Below, one piece after another: positions 51,607 to 64,000 of a DNA stretch of 64,000 nt. The translations under genes and the position numbers were made by a program. The notes below the pieces were generated by a model. It saw nothing but the letters and a program-made list of their open reading frames with translations, was not told the DNA's origin and did not search any database. The DNA lies in contig LWCA01000022.1 in assembly GCA_001642005.1 (NCBI GenBank), positions 14,599 to 78,598 on the forward strand, written 5' to 3'. Origin of the DNA: Intoshia linei. Its lineage: Eukaryota; Animalia; Orthonectida. Position 1 is the stretch's first letter. The number at the start of each line of letters is the position of its first letter.

Positions 51607-54600
51607 ATGTTTTACGATCTTGATATACTTCGAAAATCTGGAAAATTTGGTATTATATGGTAAATATATGATATATTAATTAAAAATATTTATTTCCGAA
51701 TCTTGATCCATGGTTCTAATTTATTTTATTATTATTTATGATTTTATAAAATGCATGTCATTTATATACTAGGTTAGCTTCTATTCATCCGAATATTGTG
51801 AAAAAATCTGAATACAAAAATGTTGACTTAAAAAATGTTTGGTAAATTCAATTTTTATTAAACTTTACGAGGCAGTATCAGTAGCGAATCTAGGTGGGGT
51901 GCAGGGCGGCCGCCCCTGATGTGACAATTGTGTCCCTAAAATATTTTTATAAAAATATTTAAATCCTATTTTGCACCTGAAAGAGTAAATAAATAAACCT
52001 TTTATTATATTTTTGTGTTTAATTTTTTGTCATAGAAAGTATATTAACTTGTACTGAAATTGAATTCTTTTGATTTTTAAATTCAAGGTGAAATTATAAA
52101 AAATATTTATTATTTCCTAAATATTATAAGTATTATAAAGTAATTACCGGTAATGAAAAAGTCGGTAAAATTGAAACTCTATTCAGAACCTAATTGACAG
52201 AATTATATAATATTTATATAATTAATTAATATAGCAATGAAATTATGGAATATGTAATTGTTCGCGTTCCAAAATCCGACAGGACTACTAGTAAACAACG
52301 ATTCTCTTTATATCTCTCATCTCAATTAATGATTGGAGCCACTAGAATATATAAAAAACAACAATTGTTTTTACTAGGTGATAATTTTAATTGATTGTCA
52401 AAAATATGATAGTTATTACTAGGGCAAGTTTTTTTTGAACCTATAAATTTTGAAATTTGGACCTATAAATCTTATTTTTTGTATCTACTATTAGTCCTAC
52501 AATTGTGCCCTGTAATAGAAAAATATTTTAAATTTTTATTCAAAGAAAAATATAAATGAAAATAATTATATTAACTTATTATAATCGATTCTCCTTAATT
52601 TTAAATACATAATATTAAAATTCACTTTGTTTTAAACATAATAATTTTGCTTATACTGTTTCCATAGAAAATAATTACATACAGTAAAATCTTGATTATA
52701 CATACATTATATACTATATACAATATTTATGTACAATAATACGTAATAGGGTGTTACGTTTTTTCAAAAATTTTAGAATTTGATGCATGATTAGCACTAA
52801 CTGTGTGTATTTTTAAAAAAGAAACTATATAAAATTATCAAAAAAAATTAACGATAGATATTCGCTAACATTAATTTATTAATAATATAATATATTATTA
52901 ATAGAGAAATTTATTTATGACCAAAAATTTAAAAAAATTATGACATTTTGACAAAAAAAAATATGACTTTTTATGACAAGTTCATTTATTATAGTACAAT
53001 ATAATATATTTATGAATATTCGTTTTTAAAAAAGTTCTTTCGTCGGATAATAGATTCTTCAAAACGAAAAGGATAAAAATAAATTATTAAAATAACGCAC
53101 TTGGAAGATAAATTGTTTATTTCAGTGACATTTAAACAACGGAAATCAATGACAATTCTAACAATTTTTAATTATAAAAAAGAAAAATTATTTTTATGAC
53201 ATAATTCAGCCTAGTAATCACAAACTTCAGTGATTCATATTGAAGTGAACAGTGTCCCAGGATGCTGGAGCTTTATTATTACAATTTGTAATCGTCCCTT
53301 TTAATTACTGAAAGACAGAAACATCACAAAAGTTAACAATATTCATTTACCTTTGAAAAATTGATAAAAATAAAACAAAATTCAAATTGATTTGAAAAAT
53401 AATAAAACATATATTATATATATTTATATTAATTCGTAATTGGTTTTTCGTTGAACCCACAGCGAGTAGTATCTTTGTCAAATAAAATTGTATATTAATT
53501 GGTTTTTCTGTAAATTACACCATTTTCACGCTAACCCTCCTAGTTCTTAAATGGGTGTGATACCCTAACCTTCTTTAGGTTAGGGCCTAACATATAGTTT
53601 TAATCAATTATAATTGATTTATACTGATGTTTGTTGCTTATAATAATATTTAGATGACATAGTGAAATTACTAAAAAATCTAGGATATCGAAGGTATCCT
53701 TTACTTATATAAAAATGAATGTGTGTGTAACCGTTCATTAAAAAAATTGACAGTTGTAGGATTTCAAAAAACCCAATTTCTAATACAGTTTTTGTCAGAG
53801 TGTGTTTTTATATAATTTTCAGTTTCTGAATTTGAGTCCTTCATGGTAAAAAACTTAATTTCCCCTTGTGTAAAACTAATCTACTTGAAATGTTAATAAA
53901 ACATACAATCTGGGACGCGTTTTAAAATCATAAACATTGTCGTTAATCTCAGCCTCACAAACGCATACCTTCATGGTCAAAACCCCAAATTATCCTTTGT
54001 TTTAAAAATAAAACATGTCCTAAAATTTTATAAAACAAAATAAAACAGGATAGTTTCTAAAATCATAAGCATTATCATAAATGGCAACCTCACAAAAGTT
54101 AATTTTCACTATCAAAACCCAGATAACCCTTTCTTTTTTTAAATTAAAATAGTTCTAGAATTTAAAAAAAAATTACAGATCGTACAGTTGTATCCTGTTA
54201 ACACACACCAAAAATTTCAATCTGAATAAGTGACGCCTTCACGGTCAAAAAATCATTTTAGTATTCATATTTTTTTATTTCGAAACTATTTTATTAACCC
54301 TTCACTACTCCCGCATGGACATAAATGACCCATATTAATGAATGAAATTTGACTTATACAATGATTAACAAATTGCAAATATATTAATTTACGAGGAATG
54401 ACACGTTTTCTTATTAGATTTATCTTAATTTAACTACCGTAGTGTAGTTCAATGAGTACAATGTACTGAGTACATCAATGTTTTCACTTTCTGGTATCTA
54501 TAAAATTTGAAATAATTAACGGTCCTACAATTATAAAAAAAGATTATTCTGATACAGCTTATTCCAGTTGATATAAATATATACAAAATTTCAATCCCAG

Positions 54601-57600
54601 AAATTACTCCAAATCAAAAATAATTTTTATTATATCAAAAATTGAGAAAGACTCAATACAGACAATTTTATTGATCTAAATTATATATAATTTTTTTACA
54701 TTGAATTATTATTATAGAGCGGGTCGGCAAACAGTGGTCAACAAAATAATTTTGTGCCCTTTGAGTAAATATGTAATCTATTTATTTTTAAACACAATTT
54801 TAAATATTTTCTACTATAATTGGCTCATTATAATCGTTTTAATTTTCATATCGCTCTGGAATTTATTTTGTTGAATATACTGGAACTGTTTTTCTTTAGT
54901 TAAAATTGAAATCTATCATGTGTAAATTTTCAAAACATAGCCAATAGAATTTTTGATGTAAAAAAAGTGACCCACGAGATGCAAAAGGTTGCGGACCCCT
55001 GTTATAGACGGATATTTAAAAATATATATAATTACTGTAGTTGAATTTTTGGTTTAAGAAAGCGATCCAGACCTACTGGTTTACATAAACACTAGTTTAT
55101 ATATATATATATATATTCATTATTTATATAATATTCATACATTTTGTGTATTGAATATTGTTTAAAAATTTTATTTTGATTTTTACAATATAAAACTATA
55201 ATTAATTTTATATTTGTTGACTAAATAATTAATTATAGGAAACCTAAAGAAACTAATTACCCGAGAACTCCAATAGTTCGAAAAAGAAAGGTTAGTGTTT
55301 ATTAATTTAACCATCATATTTTGCATTGTGAATATAATTCATACATTGACATAGTCGTGTATCGATGTATCATAGAGCAGATATCGTAAATATCGAATTT
55401 GCATAATATTTTGTATTTTGACTATTTTATGTTAATTTCATATTGACAATTTATAAACCAAATGACCGTAATTATGATATAAAATGGTTTATAATAATTT
55501 TCGGATGATTAATGACCATTACCTTTACACATTCTGTAGTCAGGAGATTGAGATGATTAAAATATTTACATTACATTATAATTTAGAGGTCAACCATTGC
55601 GTTAAATGTCTTAGAAAATAATGATGTAAGTTCCATGCTAAATGGTAATTTTGAACAATGATATATATGGTATAGCGCAACGGTTACCAGGCGATTTAAT
55701 GGGTTCCATAAATTTTTTTGTCTACCAACTTGTCTGGTACTATGACTCATAAATTAGATATTTTTAAGATTCCCAAAAATAATTGAAAATAAAAATTAAT
55801 TTGTCGTGATATACTTAGTTCCTTATGTATTTACACCTATTTGATAGTATCTGTGATTTTAAGGTTGCATATTAACTATGTGTATGTCCCTATATCATCA
55901 ATTCAATGATTAACGATTTTTCAGATATCCATTTTTGGTCAAGTAGAGTTTTAACAATTTAAATTTTTAATACAATTTTTTTAATTCAATTTTACTGTTG
56001 GCTAAACTTAAATTATTATAGAGTACGAATTTATTTTTTTCAGTTTAGGGGTACCAACTGTGAAGTATGTTGGGAACCGCTGGTATAGCGGTAATTTCTG
56101 TCTCTGATGAAAATATCGTTCACGGGTGTCCCCGGAGAAATTTATCAAACTTATTTATATTTTATTTTAAATACATATACATAAAATATATACTTTGTAA
56201 ATTAAAATTTTCCAAACCGATTAGTCAGAGTTTGGATCATTACGCAATGAAATTTGAGGCTATTCTTATTAACAAATTTTGTAAATTTAAAAATTTTGAA
56301 ATGTAAAATAAGTTAGTATTATCGATTCTTGACAACCCTTTAGATTGATTGCAAAATTGGAATAGCTGTGTTTAATTATTTTTTAATTTAAAAAATTGTG
56401 AAATTTACAAGTACATATTATTTAATAATATTTAGAAATATCTACAGAGAATTACACGCAAATATTAAAAACTGAAATTGTGGTATGATTTTCACATTTG
56501 TATTTCAGATGATATAAGTCTAAAATATATAAATAATAATAATATTTTTGATAAAAATGGTTCGCTGTTAGTAGCAGTACAATATGGTCTTGATTTGATA
56601 ACCATTATTAAACTAATAAATGTTAATTACAAATTTACAAAAATATAATTCAGATCAGCGAAATTGATCAGTCTTTGAATTCAATGCAAGCAAACATTTT
56701 CAAAAAATACCCATTGGATACATCTGAAACCCCATCAAAGTAAATTATAATAAAATTTATATAAGTTAGGATAATATATCAGTGGTTCTTAAACTTAAAA
56801 CTTCATAGACCCCATATTTTACCTAACATAATGTATAATTAAAAATTTATAAAGCATATTTCTAATATAGTTATAACTTAGTACACTAACATTTTGATAA
56901 TAGTATAAAGGAAACAAGTCCATTTTTGAGATTGAAATCTAAATTTTTGAATTCTCAGGAAATAAATAAAAACTATTCTTAGCTGTTAATGTACGTCAAC
57001 ATTTTTTAAATTCAAAAATTTTGGCTTACCAAAGCTTCCCAGGGTAATTTGAGTTTTTGACTTTGAAGGTACACATTTCTGAGAATGAAATTTATGCTAT
57101 AAAATTGACTGGAAAGACTATTATAATTTGAGCCTTTTAAAATTGTCATGTTTTGTACATACAATGTATGTACAACGTAGATTGTACGTACAATTGTAGT
57201 ATAAAATATTTCGCGGACCCTAGTTTAAGAACTACTGACATAAAATCTATAAAACATATACATTATAATAGTGCTACAATTGACATACCTAATACACCAC
57301 AATATCAAAATATGGACACATATTTTCAAGATAATATGGAAACAATTATGGAAAGAAATGAACAACTGCTGTCTAATGAGGATTCTCAATTTTATAATAA
57401 TGCTCGTACATTACATTTTGCACACATTGGCCAAGATGATAATGCAGAAGTTTCAATGTTACAAGAAAAATCATTATACAAAATACCGAAAAGACGCAAG
57501 AAAATTATTATAGATACAAAGTTACAGTTGACGGAAGGAGATTTTTATAAACAATTCAATACTATCTCTGATGGCATTATAGAGGTTAAGATTTTTTTCA

Positions 57601-59908
57601 GTAAAACTTCAATTTTCTATTTAGATACCTTTCATTCAGGAATATTATTCTTCAAAAAGTTTACTTTCCAATCCAATTATTGGTTATTTTTATACATTTT
57701 TTGATCTTAATTGATTAATTAATAACCTAAATTATATTTAATAAGATAATAATTTCAAATCTTAAAACTCCCCTTTGAAATTTTGGTTAAAAAAATTTTC
57801 AAAACACCTATGAAGATTTAGTTAAAAAAAAATCTGAAAATCCCCCTGAAAGTTTGGTTAATAAAAAATCTTAAAAATCCTTTAAAATTTTAGCTAAAAA
57901 AATTAATGTATGTAAAATAATTTTGACAAAATCTTTTACAAAAGCGACCATTTACAAAAAAAACTTAACAAATTGACTTATACTCCAGTGATTTTATTTC
58001 ATTGTAATCAAAGTATTGTAGAATTTGAACATCCTGGATTACAATTAATGTGGAAAAAGGCCCTCGAAGCTAAAACTTTCCGCCCTACAAATATGAATAA
58101 CTCAAATTCAACAGTAATTTATATTAAAAACATCAGGCGCGGATTATTGGGGTGCAGAAGGTGCAGTTGCACCCCTAAATTTTTAATTAATGTTGTAATG
58201 TTAATGTTGGTTAATGAATTTACAATACTTTATCCAAGAATACTGGACCTAATTGATTTAGAATTATTTAATGAACAAAATTAATTTCTCTTTTTTTTGT
58301 GCTGATCATTTTTTTTTTTAATGCGAAAAAATACAAATTTGGAAACTATTGTATTACAACCTTTAAATAAAATTAAAAGAGACGCTTTAAAATCAAACTA
58401 GTCGCCTTGATATTAAAAGAGACGCCTTAAATTTTTTTTATATATTTATAGTTGTTAAATATATTGCTCGCTTCGCTCGCACCCCATTAACTAGCCTCTT
58501 GGATCCGCCTCTGAACATAACAACTGTGAAATGTACACATTACACGGACCAGTCGTTTTCATATGTGAATGTGTAAAATTTTCATTTATATTATAATTTT
58601 GGGCTTTAAAAATTTTTTTGGAACCAAACTTAAAAACAACCTTAAAGTTTCGGTTCAAAAAAATTTTAAAAAGCTCTTGAAAGTTTGGTTAATAAAAAAT
58701 CTTAAAACCTATCTGAAAGTTTGGTTTAAAAAAATTCTAAGAAACACCCCTTAAAATTTGGTTCAAAAAAATTTCTAAAGAAACTCATAAAGTTTTGTTC
58801 AAAAAAAAATTTCTAAAACCCAAAATTAAACTAAAATTAAAATATAAATGTTACACATTCTAGGACTTATCCATGAAATGTACATATTCTACGAGTCATT
58901 ATTGAAATACATTATTCGATTTGCCCATAGAATGTGTACATTTCACAGTTTGACACGTTCTATACGACATATACATAAATAAAAATTTAGATACAAAATT
59001 CAGTGGATCAAGGCAGACTAAGACATAGCGAATTAAGTGAAATACCCATGTTGGGAAATAATTCGTAAAATTATAAATATTTCTTTCATTCAAAGTAGTT
59101 AACATAAATCATCGTGTTACCACTCCTTTAGACTCTAATACCTATCAAATAACTAACCAAAAAATAAAATAGAAAGAGAGGAATTGCTAAAGGATTATGT
59201 TGTCTTTATTCTTGAGATTTGCTAAAACTGAATTTTTTCTTTTGGGTTGGATTAAGTGGTATTTACTCTTTAGATTAGTAAATAGTAGCATTTTTATTCA
59301 AGATTTTATTTTTTCGTACTAATTAAAAGTAATATTTGTAATTGAATCAAAAAAGCCCACCCTCGGTAGAGTTTTGTGGTGTTTGTACAAAAATATTATC
59401 TATTTAAATCTTTGAGTATGCATTACATTTGTTGCGATTTTTAAATGTTGTTATATCATAAATTCTTAGAGATATTGAAGGGATACAATTGGAAATGCCT
59501 TTTGATCATACACCTGAAATGGGCGAAAGAATATCAACGCTAACGACTGATTTTGAGAGCCAAATAAATGAAGACATATCAATGTTTAGTCAACATTACG
59601 TTTTGAACAAAATTGATAGTTTAAAATTGTAAATAATATATTTCTTAAATTTATAATGTATTAGAAATATTAATTCTGTTTTAATGTACTCTAAATCGTT
59701 GAAATTTGACGAATTGTGCTCAATAAAGAGTTCCAGGATCGAAGCTGCCACTACCTTTGTTTCCCTCTTGTGTAATTTTAAATTTCAACTTATTTATTGT
59801 TTTAATTTAGATTTATGTAAAAGTAAATATATTAAAATTAAGCAAAATGAAGAATTTGGAACAGAAATTCACATTAAAAAGGGAAGTAAATATATGTACG
59901 GATTATAA
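51607..59908 (+). CDS. REC8: Meiotic cohesin kleisin REC8
   Basis: N-terminus MFYDLDILRKSGKFGIIWLA..VKKSEYKNVDLKNVCNEIMEYVIVRVP..RFSLYLSSQLMIGATRIY. RFSLYLS is REC8-type rather than RAD21 ALRTSGHLL. Central KRRKKIIIDTKLQL, and C-terminal winged helix SRIEAATTFVSLLYLCKSKYIKIKQNEEFG. Middle exons are only partly resolved. Confidence 0.9.
53697..54640 (+). mobile_element. Helitron family copy starting at intron position +4
   Basis: AAG|GTA-TCCTTTACTTATATAAAAATG..TGTGTGTG. The body matches 62916-63210 and 37700-37950. Confidence 0.72.
54720..55001. mobile_element. hAT MITE
   Basis: Ends CGGGTCGGCAAAC ... GGTTGCGGACCCCTG, with near-TSD TTATAGAG/TTATAGAC. Confidence 0.65.
56780..57237. mobile_element. 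hAT MITE with internal Helitron fragment
   Basis: TIRs CAGTGGTTCTTAAACT / AGTTTAAGAACTACTG. Confidence 0.65.
58134..58513. mobile_element. GC-rich-ended hAT-like MITE
   Basis: Ends CAGGCGCGGAT..GGGGTGCAG and ..GCACCCC..ATCCGCCTCTG. A related left end is at 51879 (CAGTAGCGAATCTAGGTGGGGTGCAGGG). Confidence 0.55.
58522..58950. mobile_element. MITE with 20-bp TIR and internal ~32-bp subrepeats
   Basis: AACTGTGAAATGTACACATT is perfectly inverted at 58931-58950. Internal (AAAGTTTGGTT.AAAAAAA..CT) repeats are shared with 24.7-25.0 kb and 57.76-57.9 kb. Confidence 0.7.
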
Positions 59909-59932
59909 ATTAAAGAAATACATTTAATATGT

Positions 59933-60612
59933 TCAATCTTCAGTTAAATCATCGTTGAAATACAAATGAATGCTTGGTATATATAAGTCATCATCAATAG
60001 ATAATTTATAAAATATTTCATCTTCATCTTTCACACCATTTGCTTCTAGAGTTTTATTCATGTCCAAATCAACCAAATTGTATTTCCACGTATAAGATTT
60101 AGCATGAGAATTATAAACAAGGTACCGCTGTAAAATATCATACATAGTTTCTTCGGAACAAACCTCAATAATGTGTTTCTGGCTGGTAAGTGTATTTACA
60201 ATAACAATTTGTCTAGTTTTTTTTGTAAGAATCCCAATGGCAAATGACAAATCTAACCACCAGGGACGTTTAAAATTGTTATCCCATGAACTGTCTGGGT
60301 ATGGAGGTTCGACGTGCATTACACGTCCATTTTGACAATAATGCAAATTTAATTCCGTTTTTGGGTCAATAAATGTTTTTAAAGATTTTGTTTCAGGATC
60401 AAACCAATGCGAAATATCTGTACCTGCAGCCATTATTAATAGTTTTGTCAAAATATTGTCACTGTTGATTTTACAAAATTCAGTCAAATTGTATACTTTA
60501 CCCAAAAAACTAAGCCACAAATCTTTAGCTTCATTATGCTAATAAAAATTTCAATAAATACAGTATTGCAACTAACCTGAGATACTTCATGTGGTGTGTA
60601 ATATTTGTTCAT
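59933..60612 (-). CDS. CYB5D1: Cytochrome b5 domain-containing protein 1 (axonemal)
   Basis: Exon 1 MNKYYTPHEVSQ (60612-60577), a short intron, then HNEAKDLWLSFLGKVYNLT, AGTDISHWFD, EVCSEETM..IL.RYL.YNSHAKSYTWKY and LYFNDDLTE. Confidence 0.95.
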
Positions 60613-60645
60613 TTTTTATACAACTTTACAAAAGTTAAATAAACC

Positions 60646-60659
60646 TTGTTTATAGCAAC
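60646..60659 (-). promoter_or_regulatory. Possible RFX X-box upstream of CYB5D1
   Basis: GTTGCTATAAACAA lies 34-47 bp upstream of the ATG of a ciliary gene. One half-site is good and the second is degenerate. Confidence 0.3.
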
Positions 60660-60871
60660 GTTCATTATATTTAAATAAAAATGTATTTTCTAAAATCTGA
60701 AACCTTGAAACAAGATTCATAATTAATCAAATTATAGTCTTCTTTTTGAATTTCAAATAATATCTATCTATAGTATATTTTATTACAAAATGTAAATTAA
60801 AGTTAAATTCTACATATTTTGTTGTTGTCAATATCAATTGTAATTCTTCAATTTAATATCAATCGAATATA

Positions 60872-61924
60872 ATGGAATACGAACTCGATTACAAAGGAAA
60901 CATTAAATTTTCAAAATTTCTTATGGCTGGAGCTATATCTGGTGTGATGGAACATTCTGTAATGTTTCCAGTTGATGTTATAAAGGTTTGATATTTCGTA
61001 CATTGATTAAGTATCGTACATTTGGTTAATTGTTACATATTTAGACTAGAATGCAAAGTATTACTCACGGAAAAAACTACAGACAAATTGGAGTGGTTAA
61101 AAGTTTATCAAATTTACTAAAATCTAATGGAATCGGAGGACTTATGAAGGGCTACCCGGCTCTTGTTTGTGGTGCTCTTCCGGCTCATGCTTGTTATTTT
61201 ACTGGTTATGAATATTCCAAGAATAAATTGAACTATCTTATCAAAAATGAAAACGTCATTACTGGTATTTTTTACTTTTAGTTCAATTTTAAAATGTTTA
61301 CATATACATAGTTATTGATTACAATATTAGGTATTTCGGCTTCTATTGCTACTCTATGTCATGATATTTTTATGACCCCAGCCGAAGGTATAATATTTAC
61401 ACTTTGAATTTTATTTGCTAATGTTCAATTTAGCCATTAAGCAACGTATGCAAATGCACGGAAACAAATTTATGAATTGTCTTCAATGCACTAAAACCTG
61501 TTTCAATAGAGAAGGTAGTCGAGCCTTTTATCGTTCCTTTTCTACCCAATTATTAACTAATTTACCATTCCAAATTAGTCATTTTATTATATACGAAAAC
61601 ATGCAAAATGTTACTAACCCTAATCGGAAATACAACCTTCTTAGTCATTTGGCATCTGGCGCTGCCGCTGGAGGTATAGCTGCCGCAATTACCACCCCTT
61701 TGGACGTTTGTAAAACCGTATTAAACACCCAAGACTGTCCTTTTTATCTCAAAAAAGCAACCTATATAAACTCACCCATAGAAGCTATTCGAGTAATTTA
61801 TAAATCAAATGGTTATAGTGGATTTTTCCATGGTCTAAAAGCGAGGGCTTTGCTTCAAGCACCCGGGACTGCAATATCTTGGGTGGTATATGAACTCTTT
61901 AAAAGTACTTTGTTAAACAATTGA
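60872..61924 (+). CDS. SLC25A37: Mitoferrin (mitochondrial iron carrier, SLC25A37/28)
   Basis: Four exons: AGAISGVMEHSVMFPVDVIKTRMQ, GALPAHACYF, CHDIFMTPAEAIKQRMQ, EGSRAFYRSFSTQL..NLPF, ITTPLDVCKTVLNTQ, PGTAISWVVYE. Confidence 0.95.
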
Positions 61925-61952
61925 CTAAAAACTATTTGGTATGTATAGGTAT

Positions 61953-62499
61953 TTATTGAATTAAACAAATTTTGCTAGCTATGTCATTCATTTCACGTTC
62001 TCTGTTCAATCTTTTTGCCATGGAAATTGATGCTCTCATTTTTTCGTTTACTAAATCTTCTTTAGTGGCAACCTCTATAGGCGCCACAGTGTTTATTACT
62101 TCATTCGTCAAATCATCCTTTGTACATGTCACATTTAAAAAATTTGCTACCGATTTTTTTAAACTTGCATTAATCTAAATGTTATTTTAGAATTAACATT
62201 TTCGTCATTAATAATTAATTGTAAACAAATATTTTACAGTTTTTCCTCTGTATATACCATTATAATGTATTTTCATTTGAAATGAACCCATCTTACTTGG
62301 GATTCTAGGGAATGTGAGAAAGAACCGCCAAATCAAATATTTAATTTCAATTAAGCAAATACATAGTGTATAAATATTTTAAATTAATCAATTACGTTGT
62401 CTCCTGAAAGTCCTGACACAATGTATTCACTCATTTCGTTTTCAAATGCAAAAAATTGATGCTTTTCAGATGTCACACTTTTCATGTGCATAAGATCAC
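61953..62499 (-). CDS. RAB28: Rab28 GTPase, last two exons (5' part not found in the window)
   Basis: DLMHMKSVTSEKHQFFAFENEMSEYIVSGLSGDN|INASLKKSVANFLNV... matches Rab28 [33 protein letters not shown]. It ends in the single-Cys CAAX CLIQ* (Rab28 CAVQ). Confidence 0.78.
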
Positions 62500-62579
62500 C
62501 TAAAATAATGTTATTATATAGTGATTCTGAATCTTAAAACTCCACCGGCCTCTATTTTAACACATGTATTTTATTTAAA

Positions 62580-63488
62580 ATTCAGGATAAAAACCCCAAA
62601 TTACCCTTTTTTTAAAAAACGAAAATAGTCCTAAAATTTAAAAAAAAATTACAGTCATCTCACAAAGTGACGGCTTCCATCCAAAAAGTACTTTTATTAA
62701 CGGATTTTTACATAGTAAATTAATTTTGACCTACTTATTTGTTCAACTATATTACATTACAAGGCTGACTGTTATTTACTACGTACAAACAGCACCTAGC
62801 TCTGCCGAGGGTATATATTCAGTATTTGCTTTATAAGAGTAAAAAATATTGTTTATCAATAATTAACAGTATCAGCACTTTAAAAACATGTTTCGGGTGA
62901 ATTTTACCAACATTGTCCTTTACTTATATAAAAATATGTGTTTCTGTGTGTAAACATTTATTAGAACGTTGCAGGATTTACTAAATCCCAATCTTTAATA
63001 ACGTTTTTCCCAGAGCGTGTTTTTGTCTATTTTTCAGTTTCAGAATTTGAGTCCTTCATGGTCAAAAACCCAATTTCCTCTTTTGTTTAAAAAAAATCAA
63101 CCCAAAAATGTAATAAAACATACATTCTGGAACGCATTTTAAAATCATTAACATTGTCGTTAATCTCAGCCTCAGAAACGCATATCTTAATGGTCAAAAC
63201 CCCACATTACCATTTGTTGTTACCATTCATTTCTGAAACTGAAATTTGCGATAAAACAACACTCGGAAGAAAATGTTATAGAAATATGGAATTTGTAAAA
63301 AACTCAACTCCATTTACTTTTTTTAAATAAACGGAACAAACAAACAGACATACATTTTTAACTATTTTACTTTATTAGTAAGGATTTATTTTTTTGGTAG
63401 AATATAAAAAAATTCCGCCCTTATCAGAGCTAGTATGCTGTTTGTATGAAGTATTGTACAACAGTACAATACATAAAAGCCAATCTAG
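62580..63488. mobile_element. Nested Helitron-family copies in a RAB28 intron
   Basis: Minus-strand 3' end at about 62760; plus-strand 5' end TCCTTTACTTATATAAAA at 62916; minus-strand 5' end ..TTAGTAAGGAT at about 63385; plus-strand 3' end ..CAATCTAG|T at 63488. Confidence 0.65.
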
Positions 63489-64000
63489 TTACTTTATATA
63501 CGTAAGAATTTATTACGTACAGGTTTCCATCGATTAACGCGATTTATAATGCCAGAATATCAACCGCGGAAATAGCTTTAATCGAGGAAAGTTTGATTTT
63601 TTAAGTTTAGTCTATGATTTTAAAAAATAACTGAATTTTTCAAATTTATAGTTGATATCAATTTTAGGGGCAAGACTCTATGAGTCATAACTAGTGCAAA
63701 TAAAAGTTAATTTTTTATGTTAATTAGCATGCAATTCCAAGCATGATCATACCAATATTATGTTTATTAATTAGCTAATTAAAATTTTATAAAGTTAATA
63801 AAGTCATTTTTTTGAAATTGAAAATAAACACTTCTATTTCATGCTAAAAGTTTCACTTTTACCGGAAAAATTTTGATCATCACGAAATAATGTAACATTC
63901 ATTTAGCATGCCAAAAACTACAAAATCTCCTCATTTATAAATGAATAACATAATGAATGTATCCTAATGAATTCAAGAGAACTGATAATTCACTTAGTTG

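Noticed and set aside
61972-62178. Plus-strand 68-aa ORF
   Set aside because: It is the antisense shadow of the last RAB28 exon.
1-64000. Alternative genetic code or non-canonical splice sites
   Set aside because: The exons I traced join with GT-AG and translate with the standard code. TAA, TAG and TGA are all used as stops.

Overview
Eukaryotic (animal) nuclear DNA, very AT-rich, standard genetic code, with bimodal GT-AG introns: most are 35-45 nt, the rest are 0.3-2 kb and filled with transposon debris. This architecture resembles a compact parasite genome such as the orthonectid Intoshia (inference only). Protein genes in order: 3' half of a GLUT/SLC2A sugar porter (+), SMARCA4/brahma (+), COX6C (-), a small orphan 3-exon gene (+), RBMS/shep (+), DHFR (-), CFAP74 (+), FSIP1-like (-), GST kappa (-), REC8 (+), CYB5D1 (-), mitoferrin (+), and the 3' end of RAB28 (-). 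The most interesting signal is non-coding and lies at 8.9-11.6 kb. (1) A tightly packed minus-strand cluster of four miniature box C/D snoRNAs has guides matching vertebrate SNORD76, SNORD74 (two identical copies) and SNORD79, all GAS5-hosted in vertebrates. At least two of them are separated by a spacer with no splice sites, so the cluster looks polycistronic. (2) A full-length, structurally intact U2 snRNA carries changes in normally near-invariant positions: A23A24 to CG, a strengthened stem I, and three extra A's before the branch-site recognition sequence. Mobile elements include a multi-copy non-autonomous Helitron family, Charlie/Buster hAT derivatives, a BED-hAT transposase pseudogene, pogo/Tigger MITEs and foldback elements. 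Homology calls and rRNA position numbers come from recalled reference sequences, not from searches.
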